From NCBI GenBank assembly GCA_000004985.1, contig GG738893.1: 64,000 nucleotides of DNA. The stretch is one strand, 5' to 3'. The translations under genes were made by a program, and so were the position numbers. The stretch's first letter is position 1, and every line of letters begins with the position of its first letter. This document shows, piece after piece, positions 22,869 to 32,502 of the stretch. The stretch is from Naegleria gruberi. Lineage: Eukaryota. The notes under the pieces were generated by a model, which saw only the letters and a list, made by a program, of their open reading frames with translations, did not search any database and was not told the origin of the DNA.

Positions 22869-23621
22869 TTATTTTTCTGATAATTGTAATTGATTATTAC
22901 TCAATTCATCCTTCTTTGCAAAATACCAATCAGGAAGATTTGAAATGCTCTCTTCAGCAAATCCATTTCCCTCCAAAATATCAATAACTTTTTGCTGAAC
23001 TTGTTTTGCATCGAGATTATTGACATTAATACATGCCAATTTCTTTCCACTCAATACTACATTATTGACCTGGTCGAATCGGTACTTTAAATAATAGGCC
23101 CACATTAAGGAATCAAACAGATTGGAAAATTCCTTATATTCCCTCTTCTTTGTTGACCTTTCCCATCTCCTCTTTTTTGCTACCTCCTTATCTGTGGTAT
23201 CCAAATAGATTACAATATCAAAGTGCTTATCAATTATTGGTTTTTCACAACATGACAAGTACCCTTCAACAATCAAATATTGCTTATTTTTACAAATTTC
23301 CAATTCCTTCACAATTTCATTCTCAAATTTTACAAAATCAACAGATTCTACACATTCCATATTTCCCTTCAATTCCTGTTTCAATTCTTCAAATGGTTTG
23401 CTTCTACATTGATCTTGACAGATAGAATTTGTGTCATACTTTTTACGCAAATATCTACTCAAGGTTGTCTTTCTAAAATCATCATCATTCCGAATATTTT
23501 CAAGAGATATTCCTCATCAAAAACATTCGATTAGTCAATTAACTTACCCTGAAGAAGTGGATCCACAGATGCAAATCACAACTGGTCGACTCGTACTACT
23601 ACTATTGTTGAATCCTTCCAT
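22869..23621 (-). CDS. NRK1: Nicotinamide riboside kinase (NRK/uridine-kinase-like P-loop kinase), complement(join(22869..23472,23548..23621))
   Basis: Exon 1 is MEGFNNSSSTSRPVVICICGSTSSG. A 75-nt intron (GTAAGT...TTTTAG) follows. Exon 2 continues KTTLSRYLRKKY...YLIVEGYLSC...DIVIYLDTTDKEVAKKRRWERS...SLMWAYYLKYRF, aligning with human NRK1 (IIGISGVTNSGKTTLAKNL...ILIIEGFLLF...ECKRRRSTR...HVWPMYLKYRQ). Confidence 0.75.
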
Positions 23622-23889
23622 TTTTTTTACGTATTTTCTAAATTTAAAGTTCAAATTCAAACATGAAAAACGTTAGATGATGTTTCAAGTTCAGTCAATT
23701 ACAATAATCGACAAATTGAATGTTGTTAGGATTCGAATATGTTTTCATCAATGGTATTGTAAAATGAATAATATTTAATATTATTTAAGATTTAAGATTA
23801 CGCTTCTCATTAAGATTGCAATTTTCAACTATGCTATTAATAACCTCAAACACAGAAGAAAAATTGAAGAGAGATTGAGACAGAAGAGA

Positions 23890-24519
23890 ATGGGAAAATA
23901 TTATGCTGTTCATAAGGGTAGAACACCTGGAATTTACTTTTCCTGGGAAGATTGCAAGAAACAAGTGGAGGGTTATCCAGGCAATGTCTACAAATGCTTC
24001 CCAACCGTTGCTGTGGCTGAGCTATTTGCCAAGAAGGGTCCATTGAAGTATAAACTAGCAGTAAGGACACTTCTTCATCGAGATGCATGGGTCATTTCGA
24101 GTGATGATGAAGATGAGTATATTAACAGTTGCAATGCTGTGAATAAGAACAATAAGAAGGATGATAAGGAAAGTAAAGAAACTACACTGGCTTCATCCAA
24201 TCCCGATAATATTAATAACAGTAACAATAGTGATCAAAAGATGAATAATACTCCAAGCAATAATAATGTTAACTCCAATAACAATAATAATAATAGTGAG
24301 AAAGATGATAATAGACCACCTATTTGCCAATTTTACATGTCACAAAGAGGATGTCGGTTTGGAGATAATTGCAGATTCTATCATCCTCCAAATGATGATT
24401 CTCCTGAACAATGTTATGATGATTCCGATTCCGATGATAGTGATGATGTACCATTGTGTGTCTATTGGCAAAGAGGATATTGTGGAAGGGGCAATTGTTG
24501 TCCATTCTATCATGATTAG
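23890..24519 (+). CDS. Protein with an RNase H1-type N-terminal hybrid-binding domain (HBD / caulimovirus viroplasmin-like) and two C-terminal CCCH zinc fingers; no RNase H catalytic domain
   Basis: MGKYYAVHKGRTPGIYFSWEDCKKQVEGYPGNVYKCFPTVAVAELFAKKG matches the HBD consensus (FYAVxxGRxxGIFxxWxEC...F). The C-terminus has CQFYMSQRGCRFGDNCRFYH and CVYWQRGYCGRGNCCPFYH. The ATG at 23890 is preferred over the TTG-initiated ORF-track start at 23875. Confidence 0.7.
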   Translation: MGKYYAVHKGRTPGIYFSWEDCKKQVEGYPGNVYKCFPTVAVAELFAKKGPLKYKLAVRTLLHRDAWVISSDDEDEYINSCNAVNKNNKKDDKESKETTLASSNPDNINNSNNSDQKMNNTPSNNNVNSNNNNNNSEKDDNRPPICQFYMSQRGCRFGDNCRFYHPPNDDSPEQCYDDSDSDDSDDVPLCVYWQRGYCGRGNCCPFYHD

Positions 24520-25657
24520 ACATCTTAGTATGTGCACCTTAATATGCAAGCTCAGTACCTTAGCGTTGCAGGATCCATAATTCAGAAATTCCATAGGCCT
24601 CTCTTTACACAAGTGCCATCCTACTCATTGAATATGTTTATAAACTAAAAATCAACATTTGAAATTCCTACATTACAACTAAATCTCTTCTTTATTTAGG
24701 TTTCAAAAGTATTGGAATTCTTGAGTTTCCCATTAAGAAATACCATTCAGATTTGAAAGATTACGGTAAGGTGTTAGCTGCGATTCTTCCATTCATTGAA
24801 TAATTTGAAATGATAACTGTTGAATATTTTGTAAAATATCATATCAGGAAATGCTAATTCAAGAGTGTGATACAGAATGTTATCAATTGAAATCAAACCT
24901 AATGTTTACATCAATTTGTATTGAGTTTTTAAGTGTATATGTTGTAAGTATTTGTAATACATTGTAAAAATGATATTCGTATAAAAGTTATGATGTTTCA
25001 AACAAGGAAATTTCATTTTAGTATTGTCCAAAGATTCTTAATGTCCAATAATAGTGGTCTTTAAAAGATTTTTCCTCTATGAAAGAACATTATGGACACA
25101 TATCCGTGTCTTGTCATCCTAATTGCCCAACTAATTTTTGTGTGATCTGAATCCTAACCATTCAAGTACACGCTCAATCGTTTCAATGAACACTAACCTA
25201 GTTACTCCTCAATGAATTTCATTACTTCTCCATTCAACTTTCCCCCATTCGTTCACCAAATTTACTAACTTGTCATTGAGGCATCTTATCTCGATAGGTT
25301 TTTTGTATGTTTTTAGATAGATTCGCTGCAAACTCTCATGATTGCTTCAAAGCCGACTCAAACCGAATGTTTTTACATTCTCTCTTAATAGAAGAATTTC
25401 ATGAAATGATGCAATCAAATAAAAAAACCTTGCCGCCACAATACACCATTAAAAATCAACTTGAAAAAAAACAACACAAACCCATCAACAACTATCACCA
25501 CCATAAATTGATCCATTTAAACCTCAATTGGACATCCATCACACTGCTATTGAGAGAGACGCACAACACTGAACAACAACAATTGAATAAGAATTGACGT
25601 AAATCTCTCTTCAGCATTATCAACATTGGAAAAAAACGAAACTCTTAATCATTATTA

Positions 25658-27466
25658 ATGGGACAACGGTTATCAATTAATACGACAGGTAGCTTTTCGA
25701 TATCGAGTATTGGAAATTTAATACCAGACTCGGAGGTTAGTCAGAGTGATAATCGTGAGGAGGATCAACGACCACCACGAATCATCTCTGAGGAAGAACG
25801 ACAAAACACAGTAAGGCTCAAATTACTGAAAGCTAATATTGTAGCAGCTGCTGCAACGACTCGGTCTGGAACAGCATGTTCAGCCTCTCCTCAGAGTTTT
25901 AGAAGGAGAGCTGCTAGTGATTATGGAATTCATGGAAAACAATCATCACATTCAACGGATGACATGACAATATCAGGATATAAGGATGAACAAACTGCTC
26001 TCTTGTTGGAAAAGATGAAACACATTCCTCCAATTCAGGAATTTGTGGAGCAAATGAGTAATGAAGAAAAACTATTGAAATCATATTTGGACTATAGTTG
26101 GGTTTCAACAGTCGCCATTATTGAGAGGTCTGTATCAGAGAGTATGAGATTTCTTGCTAAGGGTATTGGTGACTTTTTTAATGTTGCCATCAATGAGATG
26201 CATTTAAAAACTCGAGATTCGAATAGTGATGAAGACGGAGATGTAATGAACTCTATGGAATTGAATCCATACGTTGAAGTTAAGCTTCTCATAGTTCCTT
26301 ATATACATCTGAATGAAGGATCCAGTTTCAGCACAGTCAGTTTTCCAGTTCTGGATCATTTTCCTGTAGACACAGAGGAAGATGCCCAGACTGGCAAGAA
26401 ACTTGACCCTCAAAGATTTACATTCTCAAGACCTTCTCGTTTCACTCTCGCTCTTGTAGTAGGTCCTTGGTTGCTCTTCTTTGATCCTTTAACGAATTTG
26501 ATCATTCCAAAGAAGCTGTACGGTATGGCAAAGATAATGGCATCAGGTCTCCCAGAACTTTTCATCACAAAGCAACGAAACAAACTTACAGAGAAACTTG
26601 CCTCATGCATTGTTTCTTGGAACACATCTAAATTGTACAGGACCGATGAAGATATTTTCTCTCGGCACTCACACCCTAACGTTTACGGAAATGGTATTGA
26701 TTTTATTGAAGATTTTATTCGAAATCAATTGAATATTGATTACACAACATTTCCAACTGTAAAATATTTTACCACATTCCTTGATAATATTAAACATCAA
26801 GGATGGTCACCCTTAGTAGTTGATTTGAATAGTGAACTGATGGAGAAGTATGGCAGTTTCATTGAAGCTAAGGATGAAGTAACAGAAAGAGGTAAACGAA
26901 CACTATTTGAATTCACTTCACATGAACAACTCGATAATATGGTGAAAGAAATGATGCTCAGTGACTTGATGAATCACAATCCAATGACAGCCACTGACAT
27001 TTTTAAGGAAACTAAAGAGGTTTCACACTTTTTTGTTGACGTTTTAAAGTTAATGGATAGAGCTTGGTGGATGAGTCATCTATTTGATATCAATGAAGAA
27101 AACCCAGAGCTGTCAGAACCATGTAAAGGACATCACCATTCAGCAATAGCCACTAAGATTACAGATAGCTCCCCTAAGCATGTGAAACAAACCAGAGACA
27201 CTATTGGTCTTCTTGGATGTCCATTTGCTCATCCAATTCCTGACTATGAGAAACTTTTAGAGTGTTACCCGAGACGAAAGAAGAAACGCATGACTTGCTC
27301 CTCTCCAACAAAATCCCCTTCAAGATCTCCTCGCTCAGTATCACCACGTTCTCCTAGATCCCCTCAAACACCTCAATCTCCATATCCTTCCTCCTATGCA
27401 TCACCCTCATCACTACAAGTGCCCAAAAACGATAAGAGACGACATAATTCTGCCACACTAAGGTAG
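25658..27466 (+). CDS. Hypothetical 602-aa protein with N-myristoylation-type start (MGQRLS) and C-terminal SPRSP-repeat (proline-directed phospho-site-like) tail
   Basis: Single long ORF with no family match by eye. The C-terminus SPTKSPSRSPRSVSPRSPRSPQTPQSPYPSSYASPSS is SR/SP-rich. A 1.1-kb ORF-free leader lies upstream. Confidence 0.5.
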   Translation: MGQRLSINTTGSFSISSIGNLIPDSEVSQSDNREEDQRPPRIISEEERQNTVRLKLLKANIVAAAATTRSGTACSASPQSFRRRAASDYGIHGKQSSHSTDDMTISGYKDEQTALLLEKMKHIPPIQEFVEQMSNEEKLLKSYLDYSWVSTVAIIERSVSESMRFLAKGIGDFFNVAINEMHLKTRDSNSDEDGDVMNSMELNPYVEVKLLIVPYIHLNEGSSFSTVSFPVLDHFPVDTEEDAQTGKKLDPQRFTFSRPSRFTLALVVGPWLLFFDPLTNLIIPKKLYGMAKIMASGLPELFITKQRNKLTEKLASCIVSWNTSKLYRTDEDIFSRHSHPNVYGNGIDFIEDFIRNQLNIDYTTFPTVKYFTTFLDNIKHQGWSPLVVDLNSELMEKYGSFIEAKDEVTERGKRTLFEFTSHEQLDNMVKEMMLSDLMNHNPMTATDIFKETKEVSHFFVDVLKLMDRAWWMSHLFDINEENPELSEPCKGHHHSAIATKITDSSPKHVKQTRDTIGLLGCPFAHPIPDYEKLLECYPRRKKKRMTCSSPTKSPSRSPRSVSPRSPRSPQTPQSPYPSSYASPSSLQVPKNDKRRHNSATLR

Positions 27467-27502
27467 AATTAATTTCACACACAAGATTGAATTCATGGTA
27501 TT

Positions 27503-28438
27503 TCAATAAAATAAATTATTGTTGTGGTTTACTAGTAGTAGCAGCAGCAGCAGTAGTAGTAGTGTACCGTTGGTTGGAATTGGCTTTGGTGGGAGTGGAC
27601 CTTGTATTTGGACACCAGCAAAGTAATTAGCGTTATATTTGATGTATGTCAAAACCGATTCGAAAACACCTGGAATTAAAAAGTTAATATAAACAACATA
27701 GGATGTTGGATGTTTGTCATTGAGCAATGGTTGAATTTTATCCTCGTTAAGAACATTTCCCGAGAATGAAGGTACTTGTGTTTGTAAATATTTCAACATT
27801 TCACTCCACACAATTGTCTTTGGAATGGTAAAACGACCAAAGCAGACAGGTTGTCTTTCTTGTGGTGTTGTTGATTCAGTAGTTGGAACAGCTGTGACTG
27901 TTTGTTGAACAGATTGCATTGTTTGTTGAGCATATGTTGGTTGAGTTACAACTTGTTGTGGAAGTTGTAATTCTTGTTGTGGATTGGTGTTTGCTGGAAT
28001 GGTTACAATATTTGGATGGTGTACCTTCTTGTGATGTTGTCCTCCTCTGTGATGACTTCCTCCTCTGGTACTTTGATTGTTGTGAACTCTATTGTTAGTA
28101 GAAGTAGTAGAAGTTTGTTGATGATTACCTCCTCTAGAATTGGTAGTAGTAGTTGTAGTGGTAGTAGTATTATTAATATGATGATTACCAACTCTTCCAC
28201 CTCTATTTCCTCTTCCTCTTCCTCGGTTATTATTTCCACCTCTTCCCTTGTTATGATGATGGTGTTGTTGATTACCAGTAGTAAAGGAAGCAGCAGTGCT
28301 TGTAGTTGGAGCTTGTTCTTGAGTTTCAACAGTGGTAGCAACAGCAGCAGTAGTAGTAGCGGTTGTTGTTTCTTGTGTTGTGTTATTGTTCTCTTCTGGC
28401 GCTCTCATTTTTGTGTGGATTTTTTTCAAAAAGTTCAA
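27503..28438 (-). CDS. Hypothetical protein: T/N/RGG-rich N-terminal half (GRGGNNNRGRGRGNRGGR) and a small folded C-terminal domain, ending in a poly-Leu tract encoded by a (CTA/CTG)n microsatellite
   Basis: Minus-strand ORF. The opposite-strand and alternate-frame ORFs 27974..28462 and 28003..28341 are shadows of the same trinucleotide-repetitive sequence. The exact 3' end is uncertain, and a tiny intron or microsatellite read-through is possible. Confidence 0.45.
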   Translation of the reverse strand: MNFLKKIHTKMRAPEENNNTTQETTTATTTAAVATTVETQEQAPTTSTAASFTTGNQQHHHHNKGRGGNNNRGRGRGNRGGRVGNHHINNTTTTTTTTTNSRGGNHQQTSTTSTNNRVHNNQSTRGGSHHRGGQHHKKVHHPNIVTIPANTNPQQELQLPQQVVTQPTYAQQTMQSVQQTVTAVPTTESTTPQERQPVCFGRFTIPKTIVWSEMLKYLQTQVPSFSGNVLNEDKIQPLLNDKHPTSYVVYINFLIPGVFESVLTYIKYNANYFAGVQIQGPLPPKPIPTNGTLLLLLLLLLLVNHNNNLFY

Positions 28439-28885
28439 AATATTCTTGTTTTACAATTTTAATTTTTTTAAAATTTGCAATGATGACACACAATATGACC
28501 CGAGTTGAAGGTGAATTAGGTGCTACTGAAAGGAGTTTGGATGATGAGCAATTGAAAAATGTTTTTTGGGATTTTTTTAATAAGATGACGATTTTATGAA
28601 TTGATGGTTCAGTTTCAAAATGAACAGGATATTTTGGAGTGTTGGGATTGAAGGGACTTTTGCCGTGAAAAACATTACAAAAATGAGGTGGAATTTGATT
28701 CGCTTTCAAAAACAGAATTTTATTGTAAAGTCAACGATTGGGAAGAATTAAGTTATTGAATCAATGAAGCTAATTCTCATGTAACAACCACACTCAAACA
28801 ATTTTTCAACAATCTTTCATCACACTTCTTTCCAATGGTTTATATCTTATCCAAAATTGAAGTATTAGATAAAATAAATTAAATT

Positions 28886-30983
28886 TTAATGCTTGTTGTT
28901 AAATTTACACTTAATGAGATATCTCAAATTGGCTTGGGCAGTATCGTAGATAATAAATTCATTGTACAACAATGAACCACTTCTTTGAACTTGTGTTGGT
29001 TTACCAAGTGGAACTTTAATCTTTTGACCACTACAACTAGAATCAATTTCCAAAAATTCATTATTATCTGGTTCAGTTCTACCTTGACCCCAACATGAAT
29101 GTAAATCTTTTGGCAATTTAGTAACAAATTCAGCTTGAGTTCTATTATAAGTATTACCCAAAGCAACTTCAGTAAGTAAAAGCAAACCACTATTGTTTGA
29201 CAAGTGAGCATGACAATAGTTTGCTGACTTACTACACATATCAGCAAAGTAAACACCCTTACCAACTATTAAATAATAATAAATTAACTTTGAAATAACT
29301 TGAATAACTTGAAACTTACACATATAACCAGTAGCTGGAGCTTCAGGAGGAGCAATTCTCAAACCTTGAGAAAGGATACCAACAAAGTTTGTACTTCTAG
29401 AACCGTGGAAAAGAAGTTGCTTATTACTAATACTATCACTCTTAGCAACATATTTTTCTGTTTCACCATGTCTATTAACAACGAAAGCATCTTCTAATTC
29501 AAGAGTATAATAAGAGTGAGTTGGAGCGTGAGTATTTTGAATAAATTTGTTAATCCACTTCCATTCTTCAGAATCCTTAGCAATTGGTGTAATATCAGTC
29601 TTCAAATCACTATAAATTGAATCAACAATATTGACATCTGACTTTTTAGAAATAATCTTAGAGGCAATTTCAAGTTCACTTAATGATTCAACTAACTTGA
29701 TCTTTTGTTCCAATTGTGTCTTGGTTCTAATAACTATTTTTAAAATTAATTATCATCATTTAAAAAGTGATATTAAATAATAATAACTTACTTGGTGGAA
29801 CTTGTCTATGTCCAAATTGATGAGGAATAATAGTGTAGAATCTTGATGAAAGTGATTCCAAATCATCATCATCATTTTTACCATCAATTACATCTTGAAT
29901 CTTTTTAAGAACTTCATAACCACCTTGAACTTGTTTCTTTGAAAGTTTACCAAGTGGCATCTTATTTGTATCAATTTCAAATTCACGTAAAGTTTGATCA
30001 ATAAAAGATTTGTTACTGATAAATTTAACTAAATCTTGAACTCTAGAATCAAGTTTAGATTCTACAACCTTCTTTTCTTTCTTTTCTTCCTTAGCTTCAT
30101 CATCTTCTTCTTCTTTTTCATCATCATTATCTTCACTATAATCAATTTCTACAAAATCATATTTTCCATTCTTAAATTTGAATGAAGATCTCTTTGACCA
30201 TTCATTACCAGTCTTATCTTTAAACTTTTTAGCAAAGTCATCTTTAGCTTTTTGTAAACTAGCCATCTTTGATAACTTAGATTGTCCTTTTGCAGAAACT
30301 CTACCCCATCTATTAAAAACATAGTATGAAGATCCACTTTCAATCAATTGGATAATATAGAATTTGTTATTATTATTTCCAATATTTGTTTGATTGAGAG
30401 TAGCACTCCAAATATCATTTCCTTCAATATAAACTTTACCAGAAGTTTGCATACCAGATTCTAATAATTAGAATAAATTATTTTGTTAATTAATTAAATA
30501 ATTTTCGTGAACATACCTTCATCAACAGGAACTTTACCAGTTGAAACAACCTTCTTCTTCTTAGAGGCTGGTTCTTCAACCTTTTCTTCTTCTTCTTCCT
30601 CTTCCTCCTCTTCTTCTTCCTCATCTTCTTCTTCAGCCTTTCTCTTCTTTGAAACCTTCAATTCAAATGATGCAGAGTCAAGCCTTTGTTAAAATGGAGA
30701 TAAATTCCATCAATGATCATCATAATTATACCTACAATTTTTCTTGTTCAGCCGATTGATTAATAAAATCACTATTAACAACTTTAATTTTCTTAGTAAA
30801 GGCTGATTTGACTGTAGCTCCATTTTCATTGACAGCCTTCTCTGTAGTAACCAAATAATTGGTATCATTCTTTACGGATTTGTGAATTGTACCTCCTTCT
30901 TCTTCGATCAATTCAACAAGTTTGGATTTTTCACCTCCGTTGATGCCAACAAAAGCAAAGTTCAAATCATCAAATATACCCAT
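28886..30983 (-). CDS. PARP: Poly(ADP-ribose) polymerase with BRCT, acidic linker, WGR, helical regulatory domain and catalytic domain; 5 exons complement(join(28886..29265,29320..29733,29792..30460,30517..30683,30736..30983))
   Basis: The BRCT domain is in exon 1 (FAFVGINGGEKSKLVELIEEEGGTIHKSV...YLVTTE). The WGR is KFYIIQLIESGSSYYVFNRWGRV. The catalytic motifs are LLFHGSRSTNFVGILSQGLRIAPPEAPATGYM|FGKGVYFADMCSKSANYC...LLYNEFIIYD. Introns of 52, 56, 58 and 54 nt (GTAGGT, GTATGT, GTAAGT, GTAAGT donors) restore the PARP1-like alignment at every junction. Confidence 0.85.
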
Positions 30984-31720
30984 CTTCTTTTTAATTGTTG
31001 TTGCTTAACTTTTTTTCTTTAGTTGTTGTTCTTGTCAAAATGACGCGATCACTCCATGTTTATGAATGACGAGAAATCATCAACTTGCTGGAAAGATGGT
31101 GAAAAAAAAGTGGCGCCATTCCAATCATGTTCTGATATTGTAAATGGATAACTTTTACGCGCATCTCTACGGACATTAAGGGAATTTACTTGAATATTTT
31201 GTTGTTGTTTTACATGTTTAATTTACTTGCTTGATTTTGTTTAATTCAAGACATGAAAGTGCAAACAAATTCCATTGGTGGTAGTACATCAATTTAATTA
31301 CATTTTTTGTTGTTTTGCCAGATCGTGAGATGAAAATTTTAAGGATTTGGCAATTATTGAATAAAGACTTGATGTTATTTGAAAAGATTTCAAAGTTGGC
31401 TCAATCTTCAGCTAATTATCAAAAGATTGTTGTTTGATTTCTTGTGTTGTTTCAAAATAAAGTACTTTAAAACACAAAAAAGTTGTTTTGCCAAATTGCT
31501 TAAAATCATGTGCGAAGCCAATCTCCAGACGTGGCAATTGAGAATTGAAATGAATCTATTTATTTGCTAAACATAATACTTACAGTTTTAATACAGAACT
31601 ATTAACTGAGTCAACTGTTAGATATTAAATACCAAGCAAATTCTTTTGATAATCTGAGGTTAGTAGTATGCTAAAATGAATGCCACACGATGAAATACCT
31701 TAATTATACCAAAATAACAA

Positions 31721-31809
31721 GGGCGGTTAGCTCAGCGGTAGAGCACCGGATTGCAAAGTTAATTGCAGCAGACATCCGATGGTCACGTGTTCGATCCACG
31801 TACCACCCT
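31721..31809 (+). tRNA. tRNA-Cys(GCA) with a roughly 17-nt intron 3' of anticodon position 37
   Basis: Acceptor GGGCGGT/ACCACCC has one C-A mismatch. D-arm is GCTC-AGCGGTA-GAGC. Anticodon stem is CCGGA, loop TTGCAA|intron|A, with anticodon GCA. The intron contains TTGCA, complementary to the anticodon region. T-arm is ACGTG-TTCGATC-CACGT, and the discriminator is U as expected for Cys. Confidence 0.6.
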
Positions 31810-31974
31810 TCCTTTTACTGCCACTTCCTATAATAATTTGCCAATAGATCAATACTATTTTTTGTTGCCTTTAGTGCAGCATCCACTGCCTCGGTCACTG
31901 TTTTCATATTCACTGAAGGCTCTTTCATTTTATCAAGTCTTGATTTAGAAATTTGCAAGTAATTGAGAGCTGCC

Positions 31975-32452
31975 TTAGCATGTTGGGAATATTGTTACGT
32001 CGTACTCCAAATATGATTTAGCAATTGCCATACTGTATAAATATATGAATGATAATGAATCTGTTTTGATAAATTGATTAAGAGTTATTCCGCCATGTGT
32101 TGAGAGAATATCATCTGATGTCTGGAGGTGAATTCCATGGAATGTTTGAATAGCAGGGGTGTTTGTGAAACCATTTTGACAAAACTTCAATACTTATGCT
32201 ATCACTTTCTTTAATCAATCTTACAGCAGATCCAGAATAGCCATACAAGGTAGAGCAAGAATGGCCTTGGATTCCTGGAAGGTCTTCCCAAGTCCAGTCT
32301 TTCTTTGTAAAACCATAGGATGCAATCATATTCTTGTGGTGGCCATAAAATTCTTTACAAGAAAGCTCACATCATCTGATAGTGCCTCAATAACCTCATT
32401 GTTGTGCTCCTTTTTAAATCTTGAGTCATCAAAACAGATTGGTGGAGGATAA
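31975..32452 (-). pseudogene. Frameshift-disrupted ORF series (three overlapping minus-strand frames) with a lipase/alpha-beta-hydrolase-like G-H-S-x-S nucleophile-elbow-like segment; probable pseudogene or gene with unresolved sequence errors
   Basis: Minus-strand segments ...PPPICFDDSRFKKEHNNEVIEALSDDVSFLVKNFMATTRI, MIASYGFTKKDWTWEDLPGIQGHSCSTLYGYSGSAVRL...SKWFHK and FCQNGFTNTPAIQTFHGIHL...YLEYDVTIFPTC lie in three different frames. No GT...AG intron of plausible length sits at the frame switches. Confidence 0.3.
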
Positions 32453-32502
32453 TACTATATTTATTTGAATATTAGCATTTTGTTATTTTACATTTGTTTA
32501 AT

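Noticed and set aside
25307-25597. 96-aa ORF upstream of the 25658 gene, and a 1.1-kb apparently empty region 24520-25650
   Set aside because: No motif, start-context or codon-usage support. It is most likely a 5' UTR or promoter region. It is mentioned only as a long leader.
27974-28462. ORFs 27974..28462 (+) and 28003..28341 (-) overlapping the 27503..28438 gene
   Set aside because: They arise from trinucleotide-repeat sequence (ACC/ACT/AGT runs) that is open in several frames. Only the minus-strand frame has a start, a non-repetitive C-terminal domain and host-like codon usage.
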